64,000 nt of DNA from assembly GCA_000004985.1 (NCBI GenBank), contig GG738845.1; one strand, 5' to 3'. Source of the stretch: Naegleria gruberi (Eukaryota). The translations under genes were made by a program, and so were the position numbers. Positions 42,106 through 53,765 of this stretch are shown piece after piece (the stretch's first letter is position 1; each line of letters starts with the position of its first letter). The notes beneath the pieces were generated by a model, which saw only the letters and a list, made by a program, of their open reading frames with translations, was not told where the DNA came from and searched no databases.

Positions 42106-42987
42106 TTACAAAATCAAGCAAAACTTCTTCTTACGCCCGTTCGGAGACTCCTTAGCTGGTTTATCTTTGAATTTCTCTGGGTTCAATACTGATGCAATAG
42201 CATTAATAAATACATCATCCAAACCCTCTCTTGTCTTGGCACTACATTCGCAATAAGTGACACATCCAGTTTGTTTAGCCATGTCTTCTCCTTCCTTTCC
42301 TTCGACCAATGAATCTCCTGCTTCCTTAACTGATCTTATAGTCTTTGGATCGGTAATCAAATCCTTCTTGAGTCCAATTAATATTATTGGAGTTTGCTTC
42401 TTACAATGTTCCTTGATTTCGGGTATCCACTTTTCTCTTACATTGTTTAAACTAGTTTTAGATATCATTGAGAAACAAACTAAGAACACATCGGTCTCAG
42501 AATAACTCAATGGACGCCTTAATGTTATGTATTGTTTAATATTGTTGAATAAGTATTAAATAGAAGGAAGAATTAATAAAACTTACAATGAGTCATAGTC
42601 TTCTTGACCAGCCTTTTTGAATTTGATTAATATAAATTAAAACTATTATAATTCTACATACAGTATCCCACAAACCAAGACTCACAGTTCTGTTTTCATA
42701 GAGGGTGTTGGCATTGTAGTTATCAAAGACAGTAGGCATGTATTCTATATGAATTTTCTTAAATAAGCAAATAGAACAATTTGAATCCACTCACCTTCCG
42801 GAAATTGGTTATTAGCATAACAATAGAGCATGCCTAAAATTCATTTAATTTAATGATGATAATTTCAAATAACATACAAGTTTTACCAACTGCTCCATCA
42901 CCGACAACAACAACCTAAGCGTCAAGAATTTCAAGTCAGTATAACTTGGCTAGTAAAAAAATTCCTTACCTTAACTGATGTATCCAT
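42106..42987 (-). CDS. Rho-family small GTPase (Rho/Rac-like, CAAX 'CLIL'), 6 exons including micro-exons
   Basis: Exons (minus) are 42970..42987 (MDTSVK), 42878..42914, 42795..42833, 42662..42744, 42587..42612 and 42106..42517. All introns are 44-69 nt with GTAAGG, GTATGT, GTGAGT, GTATGT and GTAAGT donors and YAG acceptors. Total 615 nt = 204 aa plus stop. The protein reads '[87 protein letters not shown]...[15 protein letters not shown]...KKKFCLIL'. It is collinear with RhoA/Rac1 ('LVIVGDGACGKTCLL...VPTVFENY...[25 protein letters not shown]'). Confidence 0.85.
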
Positions 42988-43142
42988 TTTTTATTTTTTG
43001 GGTGGGAAATGTGAACAAAGATTCTAAGGCGAATAATAACAGTCAAAATATTTCTCCATAACTATGTATAACTAACTTAATCGTTCTCTCCAATATATAT
43101 GAAGGAAGGAAAGCATTAAAAACTAGAAATTTTATGAGTAAC

Positions 43143-44489
43143 TTAGATGATACCTGGAATATAGATATACTTGACAGTGTTGCAATATGTGTCCCAATCT
43201 TCCTTATACTTTCTTCTACATCTCTCCATATCTCTGTGAGCTCTGTGAATAATCATACCAGTAAAGAAACAGAAATAAAAGTATGGAATGAAACTTCCAA
43301 ATCCACAGATAAGGCCCCATGACAAGGCCATAATAATATCGGCAGAGTAGTGTGGCTTTCTAGCATAGGCCCAAACACCATCAACCAACAATTCACTTCC
43401 AGCTTTAGTCTTCAATGCCTTGGCATTGTCTGGCAAGGTTCCCCATGGTAATTGTGGGAAGGTATTTCTAACTTGGAAAGTACCAGCCTTCTTCATACGG
43501 AATCTGTTACGTTGACTTTGAGAAACATCCCAAATGTAGTAAGCAAACAATAAAGCAGCAAATAGAATTGCAATGTACCAAATTGGGTGATCAATTTCAG
43601 TACCCTTCTTCAAAATATAAATAGAGGAATAACAATAAACGAAAGGAACACCAGCTAAATTCCAGAAAATCAATAACCAACCCCACTTTTCATAGAAAAT
43701 GTCCCAAGTTGAAACAATACATTCTTCACCCTTCATAATAGCATTACAATACAAGAAATGGGCAGTAATCATAAAGATCATTGGTCCTGTAATATAACCC
43801 AATTGTTCAAATTGTTTGGCAGCAGCAGAAATTGTCAACATGAATAATAAAACCCAAGAAATTCTGGCTTCGGTAAACATCTTCAAATCCAAAGGACCCA
43901 ATCTAGGGTTCAAAATGGCACCCATAAAGTAATCATAAATAAAATTACCAGACATACGATGTTGTCTTCCAATAGCAATAGTATAGAAATAAGTGAAAGC
44001 AGCAACAAGATTACTGAAAATCATGGCAACTGTTAAAACTGAAGCATAATTATCCAACAACATGGAAATTGGAGCAATACCAGTAACGTACAAGACAGCA
44101 ACAGTAATCAAAAGAATATACCAAGATTGAATAGCATTACAATTGTAAACAAGACGCTTATTTCCTTCATGCTTGAGTGGGAGACCATCATGGAAGTGAC
44201 CTGGAATCAACCAAGCCAACAATCCTTCAAAAGTAATAAATCCCATATAAATATTAAAAGCAGTCCAATTTGGCTTGGCAATAGCCCAAGCAGATTGCCA
44301 ATCAACATCCCAGAACCAAACTAATTTAGAATTGTTGAATTCCAAACAATACCAATAATAGTATGGGATTATATGAGAGAAAATAATTATGGCCAAACAT
44401 CCCCATGGTCCACCAAATTCTCTTCCTTCATCAACATCTTCGCCGTTATCTTTGCGATTAACGGTGGCCTCTTTAGCTGTTGTACTCAT
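43143..44489 (-). CDS. sterol reductase family protein (ERG4/ERG24/DHCR7-like)
   Basis: The 448-aa polytopic membrane protein has the C-terminal signature 'LLVDGVWAYARKPHYSADIIMALSWGLICGF...YFYFCFFTGMIIHRAHRDMERCRRKYKEDWDTYCNTVKYIYIPGII'. Compare DHCR7 '[25 protein letters not shown]...HREARDEYHCKKKYG..W..YC..VPYRIFPYIY'. Confidence 0.8.
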   Translation of the reverse strand: MSTTAKEATVNRKDNGEDVDEGREFGGPWGCLAIIIFSHIIPYYYWYCLEFNNSKLVWFWDVDWQSAWAIAKPNWTAFNIYMGFITFEGLLAWLIPGHFHDGLPLKHEGNKRLVYNCNAIQSWYILLITVAVLYVTGIAPISMLLDNYASVLTVAMIFSNLVAAFTYFYTIAIGRQHRMSGNFIYDYFMGAILNPRLGPLDLKMFTEARISWVLLFMLTISAAAKQFEQLGYITGPMIFMITAHFLYCNAIMKGEECIVSTWDIFYEKWGWLLIFWNLAGVPFVYCYSSIYILKKGTEIDHPIWYIAILFAALLFAYYIWDVSQSQRNRFRMKKAGTFQVRNTFPQLPWGTLPDNAKALKTKAGSELLVDGVWAYARKPHYSADIIMALSWGLICGFGSFIPYFYFCFFTGMIIHRAHRDMERCRRKYKEDWDTYCNTVKYIYIPGII

Positions 44490-44625
44490 TTTTTTTTAAC
44501 ACGGAACATGAGAAACCGCCCAAGATTTAACAATATCTCTTGTCAACAGCGCACTAGTCGGAAGTATTATCAAACAACACAAGAGAACAAAACATTTCAT
44601 CTAAACAACAACATGATGGAATTTA

Positions 44626-46213
44626 TTAAAGAGAGGCTGCTTTATTCCATTCATACAATTCTGGTGTCATGGTTGATAATTTGCTATCATGATATAGCCT
44701 CTCAATTTCATGTTCGATTTGAGATGGATGAATATTGCTTAGTCTGACCTTGGTTGAAGCTTGTTCCTTTCTTGTAGAGGGAAAATCTTTGGTTGTAAAA
44801 CGAATCAATCTCAATTCGAGGAGTGAAATAAAATTTTGGAAAACTACCTGATTATCTGTCTCAATCAATGTTCTTCCCTCTGAAAACAAGTGTTCTTGTC
44901 TAATATTGGATGATTGAGCTCCTCCAGATGCAAACTTCATATATAAATTAAAGAGTGTGTCAAAAGTAATATCAATGGAAGAATTCTTTGCATTGTAAAG
45001 AGATTCAATCTTCTTTACTGCACACAATAAAATCAATTGACATTGATTGAGTCTAGGAATGGAGGATAATCTTTCATTGTGCCTATTATTTACAAGAGAC
45101 AAGAAGGATTGAATAAAAATTTCTGGTGTGAAAATCTCCATGGTCGAGTCCACAATTGGGTATTTTTGAATTTTTTCCAATACTAGGTCAAAAATCCTTG
45201 ATGCCAAATTAAAGTAAAATGAGCAATTTGGATGTAAGACACACTCTTCCAATATTTGTACCACATCAGGATTCAGTAACATATTTTTTAGACTATTATT
45301 GTAGAACTCGATCGATGCATCTTCCGAGTTGTCTGTAATCCCTAAATAAAATTCCATCACTTGTGAAACTTGTGCTGCATTTCTTGGGAGGAAGGTATAA
45401 ATCTTCCTGGAAGAAAATCTACTCCTTACTCTTCTATCCATAGATAGGGCAATTGAAGAGCTTTTCGAAATTCCAATAATAATAACACTCAATTTGGATT
45501 CATGACAAGTATCAGTGATGGTGTATAACATTTTCCCTGAATATTTACATAGATTTTCAAATCCATCCAATACAAATACTAAACTTTGATTCGGAAAGTT
45601 TTTGAGAGCTTTTAAAAATTCCACACTTTTTGCTTGCTCATCAAAATCGTCATCCTCCTCGAAATATGATTCATTAGTTGTTGATGGTGATGATTCTTCA
45701 TCATCTGATTTACATTTTTCCAATTCTTGAAGTACACTTCCTAACAAGTGGGCATCAGTTGACACATTTGAGCCATCAATATAAACAGATTTGAATGAAT
45801 ATTTAGATGATTTTCTCAACTCATTCAATGTATATCGTATTAAATGTTTTTTCCCTGATCCACCAGGTCCAATAATCATTACCGAGTCATTCGAAAATGT
45901 TGTAAAAGCATGAGCCAAGAAAGATGACAAGGATTGGCTTGGTTGTTGTAAGAGTGGTGGTAAATAATTTTCAATATGATGAATTGGATCCAGTTGTTTG
46001 ATTAGTGAGTCTTTGATCGGATTTTTAGGTTTTTGATGTTCAATTATTGTTGGTTCCGATATTGTTGCTGGAGGTATGTCTTCAGGTATATCGAATTTTA
46101 CCACTTCATCATCTGTAAATTCTTCAACTAGTTTTTTACCACGTTCTCTACAATTCACAATATTTCACTTTTAAATCAATTTATTTCAAAATAACTCACC
46201 TCTTTCTTTTCAT
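44626..46213 (-). CDS. ORC4: origin recognition complex subunit 4 (ORC4), 2 exons with 14-nt first exon
   Basis: Exon 1 is 46200..46213 (ATGAAAAGAAAGAG) and the intron is 46148..46199 (GTGAGT...TTGTAG). Exon 2 is 44626..46147, giving 'MKRKRERGKKLVEEF...'. 'SVMIIGPGGSGKKHLIRYTLNEL' matches ORC4 '[23 protein letters not shown]', though Walker A here ends GKK rather than GKT. 'LVFVLDGFENLCKYSGKMLYTITDTCHESKLSVIIIGISKSSSIALSMDRRVRSRFSSRKIYTFLP' matches '[65 protein letters not shown]'. Confidence 0.75.
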
Positions 46214-46278
46214 TTTTTATTTCTAAATAATATTTTATAAATAAGAGGAAGAATTTTAATGGGAAACTCAGATAGTTA

Positions 46279-49194
46279 TTAAATACCACACTTGGCTTGT
46301 CTCATTTCTCTGTATAATTCAATAGCCTTCCTATCGAATGAAACAATTTTGGAGACTAGCTGAGAGAGGGGCTCACTGCTACTAGTATTGGTTTGCTGGC
46401 ATAGAAGTGTTGAGGTGTTGTGTTCAAGTTGTTCAAGTGTAGTGTGGAGGTGTTGAATTTCATCTCCAAAGTTCTGCATTGTCTTGATGAGTTCAATCAA
46501 TTCCTCTTTAGAGGAGAGTCTTGGATAGGTCTCTGAACCAAGTAACTCATTTCTATAGTGTAGAAAGTGTTGGAACTTGGAGAGAATGGAATATCGAGCA
46601 AGAAGAAGAGAATGAAAATCACTACCCTGAAGTAGGACATCGAAAGAGTGTAGAGTACGTGAAGAGGGAGATATTCTCAATTTCAATTCATGACCATAGG
46701 GAGTAATGAGAGAGGTGGACGATGAGAAATTATTGGAAGTGAGAGAAACCAACTCTCTATTCAACACATTTTTGGGTAAATCTTGGCGGAGTGGAATTTG
46801 AAGAATGGATTGCCAATTGTTGGTGAAATCTTCCTCCAATGGATTGAATCGAAGTTTGAACCCATGAGTCATGGATGGCATAAAATTGGAGAGAGTGGCA
46901 TAATTTGTCAATCCCTTATTCATTAGAGATTTTAGTCGTTGTTTTGAACTCTCTACTCGTATCAATCCCAAATTCTTTTTCATATTCACAAACTGAGGAG
47001 TGGATGGTTGAATAAGATCGATCAAATTAAATTCTTGTCTCTTAATTTCCAAAGAAAATTGACTCTCCGCATGACTAAAAGTCAATAAGAAGGTAACTTT
47101 GAATGGGCTATTGAGATTATTGATAGAGTTGATTAGGGAAATACTTCTCTTCCATGTATCTCCAGGTTCTAAATACATGATTGGATAAGAGAATGATTTA
47201 AATGGTGAATATTCTTGCTCCAGAACAATAATAATAGTCCACTGGTTGGTAATGACGAATTGGGATCCATTGAAAAGTGTGCATTCCAATAACATTTCCA
47301 AATTTTCCTTATTGGCTTTGCATTTCCAAAGTAGAGGTGATTTTCTTTCCTTGATCCTTCCACTCGTGTAGCAAATGCATAGCAATATTGAGAGAATAAA
47401 TTTCTTGATTCAGTTGCATTTCTCTCTCAGTTAAGGTTTGTAGTTTGGTTTGATTTTCATCCAATTTAACAATCATATCTCTGATACCTGTTTGCAATCT
47501 ATTGAGGATGGCTGTCCTACTCATAGATTCATCAACACTTTCATGAGAAGGTATTGACAAGTGTTGCAATTGACCCTCTCTTGTAAACACTGTACAAAAA
47601 CCTTTTGGCTTGGAAGGTATGGTTGGCTGTCTCTGATCAGATGCAAAACTCAACTGGGAGAGTGATACATCAAGATTGATGTTTGGATTTTGGTAAAGTT
47701 TCTGATTTTTCAATTCCTGAATAAATAAAATGTCAGTGTTGGAGGAAATTTCTCTGAGATGAATATTTTCTGGAATGATTAGTTGTCTAGAGTTCTTTGA
47801 GAATGAGAATGGATTATCACCTGTTGCAATCTTGGAGAATATATTTAATGAAAACATTGAACCAATCTGATTACTGAAAATTAATTGATCCTTATGTACG
47901 ATTGAGGAGACAATTTGTTGGTCAATGTACCAAGATCGATGAATTATTCTCTCAGAGTCGTGATATAATAATACAATATGTCCAAATCGTCTAAAAATTA
48001 TTATATCAAAAAATATCAATTTAAAACATACCCAATCAACAGTAAAGAGTTAAACTTTTTCACGGAGGAATCGGTGGAAATAATTATTGGAATAATGTTT
48101 TGTACAGGATCTCTAAGTTGAGTGATTTTTCTATGACAAGTGCTTTGGGTGAATCTCTGAATTACATTATGATTTGAGGGAAAACAGCAAACTGAGCCAT
48201 CATTACATCCAATAACACACACTGAGGAAGTTAAAAATACAAAATCTCTTCCAAATAGGCATTTGAATAGTTCTTCATCTGCAATAAAGCTATTCTGATC
48301 GAAAACTATTGAATCACTCTTCTCTTCACAATAGTATAGTGCAGTCATTCTACAAGAAGCGAAGCTTGGGAGTTTGGCATGTGGAATAATTGTTAAATCC
48401 TCAGAATCCTCTTCCTGATATAATTTGAATACACGGTCCCCTGACAGCAAAAGTATATGTTTACCAGAGTTGGATTTTTTAGATTCGTCATTGATGAGTG
48501 TCTTGAGTGTCTCTGATTCAACTGATTGAATTTGAGATACCACCCCAACATTGGACACACTCGTTAAAATATCACCATCTCCCAACTCTTTCACAATAAT
48601 TCCATGACTATTTACAATTTCATCTTTCCAATCCAATTCGATTGATTTAATTTTATCCTTTGAAACTTTTGTAAATTTAGAAGGTATTTTAGCATTAGTT
48701 TGGTTTGGTTTGTTAAATTCCTTTTTCGATTTTCTCTTCTTTTCTTTTTTTAATATTTCGAATAAATATACATTTTTATCAGAACAACTAATCACTATTG
48801 AAATCTTTTTCTTTTTTCTCAAATAAATATGATGACATGAAATTGACAGATTAGGCTTACATAAAATAATTTGTTTCAATTCATAATTTACCAAGATGTG
48901 AATTATCGAATCAGACGAATGAATAGAAGTGATTACTCTTTCCATATTATCCTCCTTGATAATTATCGACTGCATCCGATTGGAGAATGGTGAATTATTT
49001 TCTAGAGTATTAAATTCCTGATGATCAATTACTCCTCCACTCCAAAATTTAATTGTTTGTGAATCCTCTCGGAAATTAATTCTCATAATTCGATTAGAAG
49101 AATCGGCACCATAACTCGTCCCAACACTAGGAATTTGTGGAGAGGAAAAACCTGGGGATGCATCAAAATTGATACTAGACATTTTTTTTTTCAA
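46279..49194 (-). CDS. large hypothetical protein (about 990 aa) on three track ORFs; one clear intron plus one unresolved frame break
   Basis: ORFs 48016..49194 and 47309..48019 join via a 41-nt intron 47991..48031 (GTATGT...TTTTTAG), giving '...LLLIGRFGHIVLLYHDSERIIHRSW...'. The shift between 47309..48019 and 46279..47385, an overlap at 47309-47385, has no convincing GT...AG and may be a sequencing indel or pseudogenisation. The true ATG is likely about 49182, after an A-run. No recognisable domain. Confidence 0.35.
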
Positions 49195-49999
49195 ATACCT
49201 TTCTATTGCATCGGAAGTATTAATAATTGATCATCAATCCATTGTAAGTATTCCTCGTTGTAATAGTATACCAGATTTTTATTATCTCAAATTCCATCTT
49301 TATCTGTTGCATTTTCTCAAGAAGAACTAAACAACGTTTGTATCAAAACGATAGGAATTTAAATTGGAACGGGCAAGAATGTTTTAAAAACATGAACTTG
49401 CTTCCATCTCTCGCTCTGTTAGCGTCTGAACTTTTATAGTAGTCCCTCCTCTCCTCCTCAAACCCAAATCAAACTCGGGCAAATTTTATGCATACAAACT
49501 ATTTGTGTTCATCGATAGAAAAGCATTCAAAATTGCCTTCCTTAGCGATGCTAAGAGAGCTTTTTTCATGGCCAAGAATCGGCGAAACAGCCAATTTCCA
49601 AACAAATTATTCATCAAGCTCAATCTGGTAAGGACGGTTAAAATGAATATTTTAATTTCACCATGGTACAACTTTCTTCCAATACTCCACGCAGCAACAC
49701 AAAGAGAGGAGGAACGCATTCCTCTATCGAAACAATTGTTAGCAATTCAAAAAAACAACAACACAACCAACACAAGGAAGAGTACTCTTCAAAATAAATA
49801 GTAGTAATAATAGTAATAATAATCATTTTCAGCATTAAACGCCAGGCCACCATCTTTCTTGGGTGAATTGATTATCCTGTTAGCACTACCAAGAGAGCTA
49901 TTGAAATAATACTCCTCTCATCATCCTCATACAAAAAGAAGAGAATATTCTCTCTCTGAGAAAAACAAGGTAATCCGAAAGACAATCAAAATTATCAAG

Positions 50000-52210
50000 A
50001 TGAATTCAGCTGACCCAAACAGTAATAACAATAACAACAATAATACTGAACAGAAAATTCAAATTAATATAATGAATACACCAACACCACCCTCTCAATC
50101 ACAACCAATCCTTCAAACAATAACTTCTGGATCTACAAACTCATCCAGTACAGATTCCAATGAAATCACTGATGCACCAATCCTTCAATCACAACAAACA
50201 CATGCACAACATCAAGGAGCACAGCAATCGGGCAAGACATACTCAACAATTGCTTGTCTTTTATGCAGGTAAGTAAATAATTGATATTATTTCATAACAA
50301 GTTGATGACATCTTTATAGAAAGGCTCATCGTAAATGTGACAGAGTGTATCCTGTCTGTAGTGAATGTAATTGTAGGGGACTTTCTGATAAGTGTGCCTA
50401 TCAACAACCAAAGAAGAGAGGACCAAAGAATGCCAATATCAATATTACTACCACACCTCCACTCACTAAAATACCTCCCACTTGTTCAATCCCAACAAAT
50501 ATGAACAGTATTTCTATTGGCGCAAATGGTGTCAGCAATCTACGAAAGAATTCTCCATCAAGAAAGAATGCACATCCACAACAAGTGATTCATACCCAAT
50601 TTTCATCCATTAATGAACCAGTCAATTATGATGTTCCTCCTCCTTCTCTAAATAATAATTATTCGAATCAACCAATGCATCAAACACATGCACCACAAGC
50701 ATCCTCAAGTAATCATTATCATCCTCCTCAACAAACTCCTCCACAACATCACTATCCTTCCAACTCTTATGGTAATAACAACTCTTATGGTAATAATAAT
50801 AACAGCAACTATCCACATTCAATCGAATCTAACACTAGACATTCTAGACATCCTTATGCCGATTCTGCATCACCATCTCACAATTACAGATATAACCCTT
50901 ATCCATCCACCCAACAAACTCCACCACCACCACCAATGAATGCAATGAATACAATGAATACAAATCAAGCAACTTCCTCTTCTCCACCAATGCAAGATCG
51001 TTATATTTCAAAGAGAGAATTGGCAACAAGTTTGTCCACGCTGAGAAATATCAATTCTTTTGAAGCATTCGACATTGATATGCATGCTCATCATGTTATT
51101 GACCTCTACTTTAACAGATACATTATGGGTTATCCTCTCATTAAAAGAGAAGATTTGGAGAGTATCATTTCAAGACGATTGTCCAGAAATTCTAGAATTC
51201 CTCCAATTTCAGACGAAAAGGATGAATACTATATTTGTTCATTCTATTGTGTGTGTATGCTGGTATTCCAACGAGTTGGAAAGAAGGGTATTGCTCATAC
51301 CTTTTATTCCAGAGCTAATCAAATCAGCTCAAGATTACTCTTCTATGAAGAAGAAGATGGGCCAGGCAATGCTAATAAGGTTGGTTTGAATTTTGAATTG
51401 TGTATGATTCTTTCCTTGCTATGTATATACTCAGTTGGTAATGGTGACTTTAGGAAGGCATCTGTCTATTACAATATTGGTATGAGCTTTATTCAACAAG
51501 TGAATTTGTTGGGAGAATCTGAGCGAGGTTTTTTGATTGCATACTACGGTTTTTGCGAATTGATGCTTTTTAACGAGACTAGGGATCAAATCAAGTGTTT
51601 TTCAATTATTGTAAATAAGCACGTGAAGGGAAATTTGAATTTCATTCATAGTTCTCAATTCCAAACACTTGATTCTTGCTTGGATATCTTGCAAATTCTT
51701 CATGATAAGCAAAAAGGTATTATGCAACCAAAGAATTTTGATATACCTGAAGGATATGAATCTGTTCTTCAAAATAGATTTGACATTATCAATACTCATT
51801 TTGACTTTTTAAGACTAGGATTGGAAATTAAGGCCATATTAACATTCTCTCCTAATTATGATGAGAGGCAGAAACAGTTGGCTGACTATATTCTCAGTCT
51901 TACATCCTCTGTATCATTTGAAGATGCTTCAGCACTCATTGTAGAGCCAGTGGTGTTGGCATGTAGAATTATTCTTAAGCACACCGACTCATACTTTGAT
52001 CCAAATAGTGTGAGAGCTTGTTTATTATCTCTTCACAGTCTTGATAAGAGATTCTCCTCTGTGAGAAAAGTTTATGGAGATATTTTTGATGCTATCGAAA
52101 ATAGATATCTCTACTATAATAATAATACTACTACTACTACTCCTAATAACAATGTTAGTGGTAGCTCTGTAAATAATGCTCTTCCACATTCCAATCCAAA
52201 GATGCAATAA
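50000..52210 (+). CDS. Zn(II)2Cys6 (GAL4-type) binuclear-cluster transcription factor, 2 exons
   Basis: Exon 1 is 50000..50268 and the 51-nt intron 50269..50319 runs GTAAGT...TTTATAG. Exon 2 is 50320..52210. The spliced protein carries 'ACLLCRKAHRKCDRVYPVCSECNCRGLSDKCAY', which fits C-x2-C-x6-C-x6-C-x2-C-x7-C (Cys spacing 2-6-6-2-7; cf. GAL4 '[31 protein letters not shown]', 2-6-6-2-6), followed by a basic 'QQPKKRGPK' linker. P/Q/N/H/Y-rich region and a long C-terminal domain. Q/N/T-rich N-terminus. Confidence 0.7.
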
Positions 52211-52247
52211 ATTGCTAGTCTCTTATTTATTAATTCAAAAAAAATAT

Positions 52248-53612
52248 TTATATACTGCTACTAGCTTGATGTTCAGAAGTATCAACATTAGTTGTTGGTG
52301 TTAACGAATTCAATTCAACAATGGAAAGATTAGAGTCAATAGTCAACATTTGTGGTTGAGTCGAATTTTCTGGTAATTCAACTATTTGACTTTCGTCATC
52401 CTTCAATTGAACAGAGTGGTTAGGATGGAGACCAACCATTTCCTTTGCTTTGAATTTCAATTCTTGTATTACAAATTGTAAAGGTTCAGAATTAATAATT
52501 GGCAATTTGTAAGGCCAAAATATCAAACTCACACATACTGCCAAAGTACTATAAGGAATTAATTTGGCAAGAGGATACATAATCCAGTTAGGTGCTACAG
52601 TACTAATAGCCACACCAATAGACTCAATGACAACACCCACACCTATAATTGCAACTCCACTTGTTAATTTGATAATTGTTTGTTTTTGCATTTTGTAAAC
52701 TTCAGAATCTTCTGGATGTAATCTATTAGCTCTCTTCAATGCACTCACAATAATAGCCACAGCAATAATACTCATGAAAAAGACAATGGCAGTCGATGAT
52801 CCTAACAAGGGAGTTGTAATTGCATACGAGAATAAACTTCTGTATCTTTCACTGTCGAATGTAACATTTGGATTCTTTTCAATTACCATTGCAACAATTG
52901 CAACAACAATGACAGGAATTAAACCTAATATTGCCAAAATATTACACACAATCAACAATACGTAGACAATCCATGTAAGAATGAGTCTCTTCTTCTTATT
53001 TTCAAACCAAATAATGCAAACTTTTAACCAAATTGGAATCATGAGTGAATAGTTCAATAAAAACCAATACATTCCAATATAATCCAATATTCTTCTAACC
53101 TGAAGACAAATTATAAATTCATCATATCTATTCATCAAATCAAAAGTGTGTTGTAAAATTGTTTCTGCTTCCACACCTATCCGAAAGATAACAAATGCAA
53201 TGGTAGAATGAATAAGAATGTAAAAGAAACCTTTTGAAGTTTGTTGTGTTGATTCATTTCCACAACATTTCTTTAAATTTTCCACCATGTTCTTTACAAT
53301 TTTAAATGACCTTCTCTTGAAATAAACAATTAAACATGGCATTAGAACTAAACACATGATAGTAATGGAAACTCCATCAACAACAAGATTTGCAATACTA
53401 TCTCCATATGGATTGAAGGCAACTGTTTGATTTCTTGTTGAGGTGGATTGATTACTGGCTTGAAGTGAGGAAAATATTTCATCTAAAATATATGGTGGTG
53501 ATGGTATGATGGTGAAGGTTGTGATGGGAATTAATGCATGGGCAGTATTTGTCATCTCTGATGACATGTTTGATGTTTTTTTTTTATTAAGATGATGTTT
53601 GAAGCGGTACAT
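52248..53612 (-). CDS. seven-transmembrane membrane protein (putative GPCR-like receptor)
   Basis: Seven hydrophobic segments, e.g. 'VSITIMCLVLMPCLIVYF', 'FFYILIHSTIAFVIFRIGV', 'IGMYWFLLNYSLMIPIWL', 'LILTWIVYVLLIVCNILAILGLIPVIVVAIVAMVI', then three more. Hydrophilic S/T-rich C-terminal tail. No family assignable. The real start is probably the internal 'MSSEMTNT'. Confidence 0.4.
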   Translation of the reverse strand: MYRFKHHLNKKKTSNMSSEMTNTAHALIPITTFTIIPSPPYILDEIFSSLQASNQSTSTRNQTVAFNPYGDSIANLVVDGVSITIMCLVLMPCLIVYFKRRSFKIVKNMVENLKKCCGNESTQQTSKGFFYILIHSTIAFVIFRIGVEAETILQHTFDLMNRYDEFIICLQVRRILDYIGMYWFLLNYSLMIPIWLKVCIIWFENKKKRLILTWIVYVLLIVCNILAILGLIPVIVVAIVAMVIEKNPNVTFDSERYRSLFSYAITTPLLGSSTAIVFFMSIIAVAIIVSALKRANRLHPEDSEVYKMQKQTIIKLTSGVAIIGVGVVIESIGVAISTVAPNWIMYPLAKLIPYSTLAVCVSLIFWPYKLPIINSEPLQFVIQELKFKAKEMVGLHPNHSVQLKDDESQIVELPENSTQPQMLTIDSNLSIVELNSLTPTTNVDTSEHQASSSI

Positions 53613-53765
53613 AACACATGAAGTTCATATTCTAATGCTAATTAAAGAAAGCACATACGGTGGTATTAATAGTGATTTCTTGTTGCCATATTGGAAATTA
53701 TGATAATGAAATTGTGGTTGATGAAATGCATTTTATTCCACTTGTAATAAAATTGTTGGTATAAC

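Noticed and set aside
49505-49801. 98-aa + strand ORF in the 800-bp spacer upstream of the Zn2Cys6 gene
   Set aside because: No homology or codon-bias support. It overlaps an antisense ORF of similar size, and the region is better explained as promoter or 5' UTR.
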